From NCBI GenBank assembly GCA_038849525.1, contig JAWCMS010000001.1, positions 142,584 through 206,583 of the forward strand: a stretch of DNA of 64,000 nt, written 5' to 3'. Position 1 is the stretch's first letter, and each line of letters opens with the position of its first letter. The notes under the pieces are model-generated. The model was not told the DNA's origin, made no database searches, and saw nothing but the letters and a program-made list of their open reading frames with translations. This document shows positions 8,670 to 16,888 of this stretch, piece after piece. Both the position numbers and the translations under genes were made by a program. Source of the stretch: Candidatus Pacearchaeota archaeon. GTDB taxonomy: Archaea; Nanobdellota; Nanobdellia; Pacearchaeales; JAHJTO01.

Positions 8670-9533
8670 ATGGTATATGAAGATAAAAACAAAAATGAAA
8701 GTTTATTCCATGCTACTTTAATATATTTAAAAATAGTTTCTGCAGGAACAGCTTCTGGAAATAAAAAACTTAAAGAGTTTCTCGAAAAATACGGTTCTTT
8801 TGAAGGAATCTATAATGTGTATAAAGGTTCTATGTCTATTGAAGATTCGTTAAAAAAAATAAAAGGGCTTGAAAACATAATAAACAAACTAAACAACTTG
8901 AATTTTGATTTTAAAGTTATTACAATAAAAGATATTAATTTTCCAGAACATCTTAGAAAAATTGAAAATGCAACTCCAGTATTGTATGCAAGAGGAGATT
9001 TAAATCTATTAAATAAAAAAAGCATTGCTGTTGTCGGCTCAAGGCATATTTATCCAAATAAGGACAGACAAGTTTATGAAGAAGCTTATGATGTCATGAA
9101 AAGGCTTGTTGAAAAAAAGTATGTAATTGTTTCAGGGTTAGCTGAAGGATGTGATACTATAGGACATATACAAACAATTGAAAATGGGGGAAAAACTATT
9201 GCTGTATTAGGAACTCCTTTGGATCAGTACTATCCTTCTTCTAACAAAAATTTGCAAGAGAAGATAGCAAGAGAGCATCTTTTAATCTCACAATATCCTA
9301 TAGGAATCAGAACATTTAAATCTTATTTCACAAACAGAAACCATACAACAGTCTCTTTGGCAACAGAGGGGATTGTTGTGATAAAGGCATCTGACAATTC
9401 AGGAACAATGCATGCTGTAAAATTTTGTTCAGAACAAAAAAAACCAATTTATGTTCTTGCTAATAATTTTTCAAATAACTATAAGTGGCTTGAAATTTAT
9501 AAAAATTTTATAAAAAGAGTTGATAAAAAATGA
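8670..9533 (+). CDS. DprA/Smf-family protein (ShosA-like antitoxin); start probably ATG 8670
   Basis: PVLYARGD, IAVVGSR, IVSGLAEGCD, TIAVLGT, F..RN, SGT motifs; no C-terminal wHTH. Confidence 0.9.
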   Translation: MVYEDKNKNESLFHATLIYLKIVSAGTASGNKKLKEFLEKYGSFEGIYNVYKGSMSIEDSLKKIKGLENIINKLNNLNFDFKVITIKDINFPEHLRKIENATPVLYARGDLNLLNKKSIAVVGSRHIYPNKDRQVYEEAYDVMKRLVEKKYVIVSGLAEGCDTIGHIQTIENGGKTIAVLGTPLDQYYPSSNKNLQEKIAREHLLISQYPIGIRTFKSYFTNRNHTTVSLATEGIVVIKASDNSGTMHAVKFCSEQKKPIYVLANNFSNNYKWLEIYKNFIKRVDKK

Positions 9534-10792
9534 AAAAATATCTTTTTGATTTAGACAACACAATTGCAGACACATCAGAAATAAAAATATATAGAAAATC
9601 GGCTGAAGGAATGGAATATTTAGCAGAAAACATTGACAAATTTAATATATACTATAATCCTAAAATAACCAATCTTATAAACAAACTTAATGAAAAAGGA
9701 AAAATCAGCATAATAACAAATGCCCCTCTTAACTATGCAAAAGCTATTCTTAAAAAAGGAGAATTTTCTGAAAGCATTCCAATTTATTCGAACATGAAAA
9801 AACCTATCCCAACAAAAATTTATTTTGAGCTTAAAAGAAAAATAAATCCTAATGAAACAATTGTAATAGGAAATTCTCCAAAAGACATAATTGCTGCTCA
9901 TGGATATATAGAAGATTTTGCAGGATATGAATGGCCAGAAACTTTTAATCTTCCATCAGCAGGAGTTATTTTTAAAAGAGAGAATGAAAAAATAAGACTC
10001 AAAAAAGCCATCAAGTTGAATAAAGCAGAACCTAATAAAATTCTCAAAAATACAGAAGATCTTGAAGAGCTTGTTGATGAATTTGAATCAGGAAAAATAA
10101 CTTATCAAAGAAGGAAATCTATAGATGAGTATTTTTTCATTTCTAAGCAAGAACTTCCTGAAAAAGATATTAAAATTGAAATATTTTATCTTGGAAATTA
10201 TTATCCGAAGGACAAGTTTCCTGATATGAACAAAAAAGATGCTTTTTCCCAACATCTTTTAAGGTTCAAAAGAGCTCAAGATTGCCCTATAGAGAATATA
10301 AATGATAGGATAATTGATAAATATTTTTTCAATGGACAGATAAGAGGAATCTATACATATTGGCATTCAATAAAATTTTTTCTTGAAAAAGCAGAAGACA
10401 GAATAGATGAGATGAATCTTAAAGGAAAAACTGAAGTGATAGCTTCTCCGAATTCATACCCTGAATACTGCTATGATACTGATGTTAATCAAGCATTTGC
10501 AAGAAAACTTAATAATGATTGCTTTAACATTTCTGAAACAAAAAGAATTGTATATAGAGTGTTTCCTAAAGAAAAACATTCGAGAGGCATTGAAAATCAT
10601 CTTAAGACAATAGGTATTGAGAAGACAGCCTTATCACATATTCAGACTCTTAATAATATAATAATATTTGATGATAATATTACTTCAGGTTCTCAGATAA
10701 AAGCAATAGCTTATCTTTTAAGACAAAAATGTAATTTTCAAGGAAATATTTATGGCTTAACATTGGGAAAAACAGTTGGATCTATGCAATAA
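9530..10792 (+). CDS. HAD hydrolase-phosphoribosyltransferase fusion (ShosT-like toxin)
   Basis: N-terminal FDLDNT, ITN, KP, IGNS..DI HAD motifs; C-terminal IIIFDDNITSGS PRPP-binding loop and LTLGKT; ATGA overlap with the DprA gene. Confidence 0.85.
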   Translation: MKKYLFDLDNTIADTSEIKIYRKSAEGMEYLAENIDKFNIYYNPKITNLINKLNEKGKISIITNAPLNYAKAILKKGEFSESIPIYSNMKKPIPTKIYFELKRKINPNETIVIGNSPKDIIAAHGYIEDFAGYEWPETFNLPSAGVIFKRENEKIRLKKAIKLNKAEPNKILKNTEDLEELVDEFESGKITYQRRKSIDEYFFISKQELPEKDIKIEIFYLGNYYPKDKFPDMNKKDAFSQHLLRFKRAQDCPIENINDRIIDKYFFNGQIRGIYTYWHSIKFFLEKAEDRIDEMNLKGKTEVIASPNSYPEYCYDTDVNQAFARKLNNDCFNISETKRIVYRVFPKEKHSRGIENHLKTIGIEKTALSHIQTLNNIIIFDDNITSGSQIKAIAYLLRQKCNFQGNIYGLTLGKTVGSMQ

Positions 10793-10831
10793 AAGAGAAA
10801 TGATTAAATACAAAACATACTTACAATCTTT

Positions 10832-11083
10832 ATGAAACTGACGAGAAAAGAATATTCCGTTCTGTATGAAATACATTCAGGAAGAAGCGATATTGAAAGA
10901 TTATCTAAGGTTTTTAGTAAAGAATATGCCTTTAAAACAGTAAAAAAGCTTGAAAAACTTGGATTAATAAAAATAGTTTCTTGGAGAGACAATCCTTTAT
11001 ATGGATTAATGCTAACAGAAAAAGGTGAAAAACTTCTTCAGAGTAAAAAGTATATGAAATGGTTTATTGAAGAAGGAGATTAG
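10832..11083 (+). CDS. Small winged-helix protein
   Basis: LTRKEYSVL...VKKLEKLGLI...LTEKG, MarR-like wHTH pattern. Confidence 0.7.
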   Translation: MKLTRKEYSVLYEIHSGRSDIERLSKVFSKEYAFKTVKKLEKLGLIKIVSWRDNPLYGLMLTEKGEKLLQSKKYMKWFIEEGD

Positions 11084-11143
11084 CGTGTGACGGCGCGGCT
11101 CGCTTCTAAAAATACTTAAATATAAGCTCTGCATGGAAAAAAC

Positions 11144-12607
11144 ATGCCAATTTTGACGAAATCAAAATATGTTGACGGCTTGAAATGCCTGAAGTACTTG
11201 TGGCTTCAATATAATAATCCATCAGCCATTCCGGCTCCTGACGAATATGCCTTGTTTGTGATAAATGAAGGCCATAAAGTTGGAGAGTTTGCAAAAACTC
11301 TTTATCCTGATGGAATTGCTGTAAGCACAGAAAGCAATGATGAGAACATAAGAAAAACTCAGCAATTATTGAAATTGAGAAAGCCCCTTTTTGAGGCAGG
11401 AATTTCTATAGATAATTGTTATGCAAGAACAGACATTCTTTTGCCTGTTGAAAAAGATGAATGGGACATTGTTGAAGTGAAAAGTTCAAGTAGAGTGAAA
11501 GAAGATGAGCATATTCCTGATGTTGCTTTCCAGAAATATGTTTATAGCAAAGCAGGATTAAAAATAAGAAAATGCATTATAATGCATGTTGATAGCAAAT
11601 ATGAAAGAAATGGGAATATAGATGCAGAAGCCCTGTTTGTAAGAGAGGATGTAACTGAAAAAGTTGGCAAAGTAATCAAGGAAGTTCCAAAAAACATAAG
11701 GAGATTTTTTACTGTTATAAAAAGCAAAAAATGCCCTGAAATTGATATAGGAAATTATTGTGCTGATGAATTTGGAGTGCATGAAAATGATGCATTCTGG
11801 AAAAAACATCCTGACTGCAATATCCTTCAATTGTATCACTCAAAAGACAAGGAAGAATTATTCAATAAGGGAATATTGAGGATAAAAGATATTCCTTCAA
11901 GTTATAGATTAGATGCAAAGCAGCTTATACAGAAGAAATGTGATGAAAATAACAGCATTCATATTAATAAGAAGGAGATATCAAATTTTCTTTCTAATTT
12001 GCAGTATCCTCTTCATTTCCTTGATTTTGAGACTTATAATACGGCAATTCCATTGTATGACAAGCTTAAGCCATGGGAAAAAGTGGCTTTTCAGTATTCA
12101 TTACATATTGTAAAAGATGAAAATGCAAAGCCATTGCATTATTCTTTTCTTGCAAAAAACAATTCTGATCCAAGAAAAGATTTTATTGAAAGCCTTGAAA
12201 AAAAGATTATGAAAAAAGGGAGTATAGTTGTATGGAATGCGGTATTTGAAAAAAGTATTCTTAAAAGCATTGCAGAGCATATGCCAGAATATGCAGTTTC
12301 TGTAAATGAAATAATTGGAAGGATTGAAGATTTGATGATTCCTTTCAAAGATTTTTCATATTATAATCCTAAACAGAAAGGAAGCAATTCCCTAAAAACA
12401 ATATTTCCTTTGCTTACAGGAAGAAGCTATCAAGGATTAAATATCTCAGAAGGAGGAATTGCAAGTGCAAGATATTATAAAGCGGTTCATGAATCGATAA
12501 AAGAAAGCGAAAAAGAAAAAATTTTTGATGATCTTGAAAAATACTGCTCTTTGGATACAGAGGCGATGATTTTTGTTCTTGACAAGCTTAATGAGATTGC
12601 AAAGTAA
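11144..12607 (+). CDS. DUF2779 protein (PD-(D/E)xK nuclease-like N-domain plus RNase H-like domain)
   Basis: LTKSKY..G..C.K.LWL, RTDIL...IVEVKSS, D..FQ.YV; FLDFET, FQYSLH, SLK, YC.LDT. Confidence 0.85.
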   Translation: MPILTKSKYVDGLKCLKYLWLQYNNPSAIPAPDEYALFVINEGHKVGEFAKTLYPDGIAVSTESNDENIRKTQQLLKLRKPLFEAGISIDNCYARTDILLPVEKDEWDIVEVKSSSRVKEDEHIPDVAFQKYVYSKAGLKIRKCIIMHVDSKYERNGNIDAEALFVREDVTEKVGKVIKEVPKNIRRFFTVIKSKKCPEIDIGNYCADEFGVHENDAFWKKHPDCNILQLYHSKDKEELFNKGILRIKDIPSSYRLDAKQLIQKKCDENNSIHINKKEISNFLSNLQYPLHFLDFETYNTAIPLYDKLKPWEKVAFQYSLHIVKDENAKPLHYSFLAKNNSDPRKDFIESLEKKIMKKGSIVVWNAVFEKSILKSIAEHMPEYAVSVNEIIGRIEDLMIPFKDFSYYNPKQKGSNSLKTIFPLLTGRSYQGLNISEGGIASARYYKAVHESIKESEKEKIFDDLEKYCSLDTEAMIFVLDKLNEIAK

Positions 12608-12671
12608 AGGCAAGTGATGTGAAAAGGTTTAATCAAAAAATTTAAATTTCTTAATTTATTTGAAAAAATAT

Positions 12672-12693
12672 CCAGAAAACTTATGTTTTCTGG
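12672..12693 (+). promoter_or_regulatory. Perfect inverted repeat in the hsp20 leader
   Basis: CCAGAAAAC-TTAT-GTTTTCTGG between TTTAAA (12641) and GGAGG SD (12706-12710). Confidence 0.5.
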
Positions 12694-12719
12694 CTTTACT
12701 CATGTGGAGGCATTCGTAA

Positions 12720-12959
12720 ATGGTAAAAGAGTTGATAAGAATTGACTTGCCTGGTTTTGAGAAGAAGGATGTTGTTGTCAAAGTAAAAGATAATAAAGTA
12801 TTTGTGAATGCAGAAAAAAAGCATCACTTTAAGAAAAAAGGAAAAAACTTTTATCATGAGGAAAGTTCTTATAGAGCAGTAAGTTATATGACAACAATTC
12901 CTAAAGGAAAAAAAGTCAAAACAGAATTTAAAAAAGGCAGGCTAAAGGTTGTTGCATAG
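12720..12959 (+). CDS. Minimal Hsp20/alpha-crystallin protein
   Basis: IDLPGFEKKDV.V, EESSYR, FKKGRLKV; GGAGG SD. Confidence 0.85.
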   Translation: MVKELIRIDLPGFEKKDVVVKVKDNKVFVNAEKKHHFKKKGKNFYHEESSYRAVSYMTTIPKGKKVKTEFKKGRLKVVA

Positions 12960-12970
12960 AATTGGAAAAG

Positions 12971-13597
12971 TTATTTAAGTTTATCAATGAATTTTTCTAT
13001 TGCTAACTTTATTCTGTAGTCTTTCTCATCTTTCAAAACAGATTTTCCTTCCAATTCAGAAAGAATTATCTCTGTAATCTTGATGTCATCATCAAGCTGC
13101 TTGTAATAAACATCCCATTTGACGCATCCCATGTCTTTGAAATCAGGGCAGTTATAAACAGAATATTCTTTTCCTGGATGAATGATGCATTTAGGATCCA
13201 TAAATTCTGATTCATCCGCATCTTTTGCATATGAACTCATATGACTACAGGCAGGACAGTATGATTTTGAATTTCTCTGCATTTTCACTTTTTTAAGCTC
13301 ATCCTCGAAAAATTCTCTGACTATTCTGCGCTTTATTCCAGGATCTGCTCCTTGTTCAACCAATGCTTCAATTCCTTCAATATTTCTTGCCAGCGCAATA
13401 TCTCCATGCTTCTTTCCATTGTATGCAATTTTATCAATATTTCTTGCAGCCATTTTATAAAATTCATCATTTGATTTCTCTATTTTTTCTTCTAGAATAG
13501 TAGGAGAATCAAGATGTATCTGACTAATAATCGACATTTTTACATTAAATGCAAGTTTCCAGTACAAAAATGCGAGCCTGCTATTTTTCGATTCCAT
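12971..13597 (-). CDS. Hypothetical protein with Cys cluster
   Basis: Open frame; CPAC...C...C...C; ATG 13597 lies 1 nt after the restored upstream stop. Confidence 0.6.
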   Translation of the reverse strand: MESKNSRLAFLYWKLAFNVKMSIISQIHLDSPTILEEKIEKSNDEFYKMAARNIDKIAYNGKKHGDIALARNIEGIEALVEQGADPGIKRRIVREFFEDELKKVKMQRNSKSYCPACSHMSSYAKDADESEFMDPKCIIHPGKEYSVYNCPDFKDMGCVKWDVYYKQLDDDIKITEIILSELEGKSVLKDEKDYRIKLAIEKFIDKLK

Positions 13598-13598
13598 T

Positions 13599-14280
13599 TT
13601 ATTCCGCAATAAACACAGAAATTTCTTCCATGTTTTTCAGCTTTTCTTTGATATAATTGTTTATTTCAGGACAATTATTGTTTATATAAAAAAGCATTTT
13701 TATGTTTTTCTATAAATCCTTCAATGTTTTTTCCAGCCTTTAATTTTTCAGCATCCTGCAGAACAGCTTGAATGATGTCATCTGCAGTTTTATTGAAATA
13801 GTTCTTTTCTTTTATTCTTATTGGATCTCTTAAAAACATAAATTCTAAGCCATAAAGAACAATAGGCTTCGGCTGATTCTTCATATTATTCTTGACATCT
13901 TTCTTGAAAACTCTATAATCCTGGTTTCTTATTGTTAAATAGTCATTTTTCTCAACAAACTCTGGATTCAGCAAGAGAATGCCATATTTTCCTCTCCCGT
14001 ATCTTGAATCCTCTGGCTTTACTTCGAAATTTAAGCCTTTCATTGAGCATTTGAATGGAGTTGCATATTCCCTTCTTAAAAGATAAGCAGACTTTCCATC
14101 CTTATCTTTATGCTCAAGATTTATATTGTTTTTAAGAATATGACAAAAATCATTGATTATGTCATATTCATTTCCATAAAGAGTAGACTTCTGCTTGAAT
14201 AAATATTCTGATTTTTTGATTGTGTTTTCAACTGCTTTAATTATTTTTTTCTTATATTCTTGAACGTCCTTAGCCATCAT
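13599..14280 (-). pseudogene. Frameshifted hypothetical protein, possibly PD-(D/E)xK-like
   Basis: Removing one A from the run at 13697-13701 extends the frame (KMLFYINNNCPE...VFIAE*) to TAA at 13599, abutting the next ATG. Confidence 0.55.
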
Positions 14281-14353
14281 TTTTTCATTACTTTAGAATT
14301 TATAAAAGTTCGCTTAAACCTAAGATTATATATAAAAATAGCTTATATTTTGC

Positions 14354-14717
14354 ATAAGAATAAATAATAGGCCTAAAGAAACAGGAAAATATAAAGTAGT
14401 TCAATTTTCAAAGCAGGATGAGCCTTATTTAAGATTTAGGAGGCAGGAGGAATATCATAATAGCATTGTTGAAAGTTTTGCAAAAGAGATTGAAGTTTCA
14501 TGCAGGAAGGATAGAGGGATTATTGGAGAAAAATTAGTGCTTCCAGAATATTCTTCTTATAAAATAGATGGGATTCTGCTCTTATAATAAAGAAGAAAAA
14601 TCAATGAAATTTTATACTGCCTATAAAAGCAAAAATTATGATATTTGAATAAATAAAAGACATTGAGATTTAGTAAAATTTATGGGAAAAGAAGTAAAAA
14701 TTATCATAGAAGAATAA
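14354..14717 (+). pseudogene. Decayed gene, Janus/Ocnus (PHPT1)-like motif order
   Basis: Translates as GKYKVVQF..EPYLRF..EEYHNSIV..YKI / MGFCSY..KSMKFY..KSKNYDI*INKRH*; no ATG, one frameshift, two in-frame TGA. Confidence 0.55.
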
Positions 14718-14761
14718 TTTTTGAATTCGCCTAAGGCTTATTAAAAGAACTTTATAGGTAG

Positions 14762-14986
14762 CTAAAAAGCGTTTTTGCCGAAATAGGCCATTGATTTTGA
14801 CCTTTCATCTCTTGTAGTAATATGATGTTTTGGTGGGCCTTTGCATTCATAGACTGAATTGCCAAAAGAGTCATTGCCATGATACTTGAGCTTTTTCTTA
14901 TGTTCTGGGCAATATTTTGATAATTCTGAAAAGCTATCAACTCTTTTTTCAAGATTTCTTAATTTTTTTGCAATATTTTTTTCCAT
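14762..14986 (-). CDS. Small putative zinc-binding protein
   Basis: CPEH...YEC....HH after a short coiled coil. Confidence 0.55.
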   Translation of the reverse strand: MEKNIAKKLRNLEKRVDSFSELSKYCPEHKKKLKYHGNDSFGNSVYECKGPPKHHITTRDERSKSMAYFGKNAF

Positions 14987-15027
14987 TTTTTTATGTTGTA
15001 AAATATTTTAGGTTTTGCTTAAAAATT

Positions 15028-15306
15028 TTAAGCGCTTAATTTTTCTTCTATTGATCTTGCTTTTTTTGAATTTTTTGGAATTATTTTTAATTTTGGGAAT
15101 GTTTTATAAAATATTTCTAAATTAAATCTTAAGTATCCTTTTTTGTATGCTTTTTTGTAAGGCCATAATCCAAAAAAAGGATAACTTAATAAGAGATTAT
15201 CATTGGAGTTTTCTTTAATTTTATAATAAATATCACTATAATCTGGCCATGAAATTTTAATATAATCACCAGGTTTTGCTGTTTTTAGTTGCTTTAAGGT
15301 TGTCAT
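15028..15306 (-). CDS. Hypothetical protein
   Basis: ORF with TATA-like upstream element. Confidence 0.55.
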   Translation of the reverse strand: MTTLKQLKTAKPGDYIKISWPDYSDIYYKIKENSNDNLLLSYPFFGLWPYKKAYKKGYLRFNLEIFYKTFPKLKIIPKNSKKARSIEEKLSA

Positions 15307-15394
15307 TTTCTTAAATTTTGACTTAGGTTATATAAATATCTTTCTTTAGAAGCTCTTAAAATTCAAAAAAACAATGGTTTTATGACTAAATATG

Positions 15395-15422
15395 GGTTCG
15401 TATAAGCATTCTTATGCGTACT
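15395..15422. other. dif-like Xer recombination site (11-6-11)
   Basis: GGTTCGTATAA-GCATTC-TTATGCGTACT; arms 8/11 inverted-identical with ATAA/TTAT inner ends. Confidence 0.65.
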
Positions 15423-15451
15423 TTATAGGGAAAAAGAATTTTGCTTAGAAG

Positions 15452-15706
15452 TTATTGTTGTGCTTTTGAAACTATCCAAATCCCAGCGACTGCAATTGCA
15501 GTTACAATTAATGCAGCTAAAACTTTTAGGAGATAAGAAGTTCCTGTCAGGCCCATGCTTGTAATCAAACTGTCAACTCCTGATTTTATTGCATCATTCC
15601 AAGAAAGAGCAATTACAAAAGCAAAGGCAGCTGCAATGGATGTAAGTACTTTTCCCTTGACTTCCTTAATAAAGTTTTTTGGTGTTTCCACCACTTTTTT
15701 TACCAT
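15452..15706 (-). CDS. DUF5654-family small membrane protein
   Basis: AAFAFVIALSWNDAIK motif, 2 TM. Confidence 0.8.
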   Translation of the reverse strand: MVKKVVETPKNFIKEVKGKVLTSIAAAFAFVIALSWNDAIKSGVDSLITSMGLTGTSYLLKVLAALIVTAIAVAGIWIVSKAQQ

Positions 15707-15984
15707 TTTTTATTAAGTTTTTTCAAGTTTTTATAGTTTTCTTATATAGGCGGAAAGTTTTCAGCATTGCTTAAAACTTTTGATTTTTTTGTTCTTTATA
15801 TCGCTTGTATTTTTTCCAAAGATGTTTTTCTCCAATATAGATACATCATGCTTCAATACCTGTAATAAGTAAAGAGCTGAGAAAATATGCTCCTATCTTT
15901 CTAAGTTTTCAGATTCAAAATTTGCTTGCATACGATGATAATAACTATAAAAAAGTTTAAATATTGAACAGGTGTTTAAATTTT

Positions 15985-16620
15985 ATGATTTTTAATTTCT
16001 GGCCTTTTAAAAAAAGTAATGAGCATGAAACCTTAAAAAATGAGATTAAACAGGCTTTTTCTGCTGTTAAACAAGATATAAATAAAGCAGCAGAGTGGAT
16101 TTCTCACTTACATACTAAAGATAAGCATCATGAAACTAAGTTTGAAGTTATAAATTCACGTTTATCGATGATAGAAAAAGATTTGGAAGAGATAAAAAAT
16201 TTTATTTCTTTCTTTTCTACAAGGACTAATAGAGTATTGTTTAAACAGCTGTCTAAACAAGGACAAACACCTGTTTATAAACAAACAACTGTTGGTGGTG
16301 TTCAAACAGCTGTTCAAACAGCTGTTCAAACAGGTTTTTTAGGTAATTTAAGTGCAAATGAAAGATTAATTGTTTGGACCTTGTTAAATACAGATATGAA
16401 ATTGAGCTGTGAAGATATAGCAGCAATATTAAATAAAGAGAGATCTACTATTAGAGGTCAAATAAATGCAATAAAACAAAAAAGTGAGAATCTTATTAGC
16501 GAAATTTCTGAAAACAATGGTAAAAAAAGATTTTTTATTGATGAAAAAGTGAAAGAAATGTTATTATCAAAAATATCTGAATCTAGGCGCCAGCTAAAGC
16601 TAAAGGCTAAGGAAAAATAA
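15985..16620 (+). CDS. Coiled-coil / repeat linker / C-terminal wHTH protein (A)
   Basis: IKQAFSAVKQDI N-terminus; VQTAVQTAVQT linker; LSANE...LSCEDIA..LNKERSTIRGQINAIKQK HTH. Confidence 0.8.
   Translation: MIFNFWPFKKSNEHETLKNEIKQAFSAVKQDINKAAEWISHLHTKDKHHETKFEVINSRLSMIEKDLEEIKNFISFFSTRTNRVLFKQLSKQGQTPVYKQTTVGGVQTAVQTAVQTGFLGNLSANERLIVWTLLNTDMKLSCEDIAAILNKERSTIRGQINAIKQKSENLISEISENNGKKRFFIDEKVKEMLLSKISESRRQLKLKAKEK
16238..16332. repeat. Intragenic array of near-palindromic TGTYYAAACA motifs
   Basis: Copies at 16238, 16250, 16299, 16311, 16323 (12-bp spacing within groups) plus TGTTTATAAACA at 16272. Confidence 0.85.
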
Positions 16621-16840
16621 AAAAGTGAGGATTATTTTTTAATTAAAACGAACTTTATAGTTATAATTTAGTATATTAAACGAATCTTTTACTAATAAAA
16701 ATTAAAAAAGTGAGAGTTATAGAGATCTAAAAATTTTTAAAAAATTAAGAAAAATAAATAAAAATTAAATAAAAAAAGAAATTTTTAATAAAAAGTGAGG
16801 ATTAATTAAAAATATTCGGTTAAACGTAAAAAGTGAAAGC
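16480..16840 (+). repeat. Direct repeats AAAAGTGA(G/A) in an AT-rich stretch
   Basis: Copies start at 16480, 16545, 16621, 16706, 16791, 16829; the three at 16621-16791 are exactly 85 bp apart; 16621 and 16791 share AAAAGTGAGGATTA. Confidence 0.8.
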
Positions 16841-16888
16841 AAAAACATTTAATTAATTTAAAATTTTTATTAATTATAGCTTATTTCT

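Noticed and set aside
8670..10792. Competence DprA-ComFC pair
   Set aside because: The PRTase is fused to a HAD domain and lacks the ComFC zinc finger; the architecture fits ShosTA better
11084..11106. GC-rich patch CGTGTGACGGCGCGGCTCGCTTC as an attC or REP remnant
   Set aside because: Single short copy with weak pairing; nothing supports a function
14354..15935. TGA recoding suggested by in-frame TGA in decayed frames (14354-14717 and a fragment near 15775-15930 minus)
   Set aside because: Core genes (rpoN, rpoD, rps11, cdc6) end in TGA, and these frames also have frameshifts, so they are pseudogenes
16621..16840. CRISPR array
   Set aside because: Repeats are only 8-14 bp, spacers are low-complexity A tracts, and no cas genes are present
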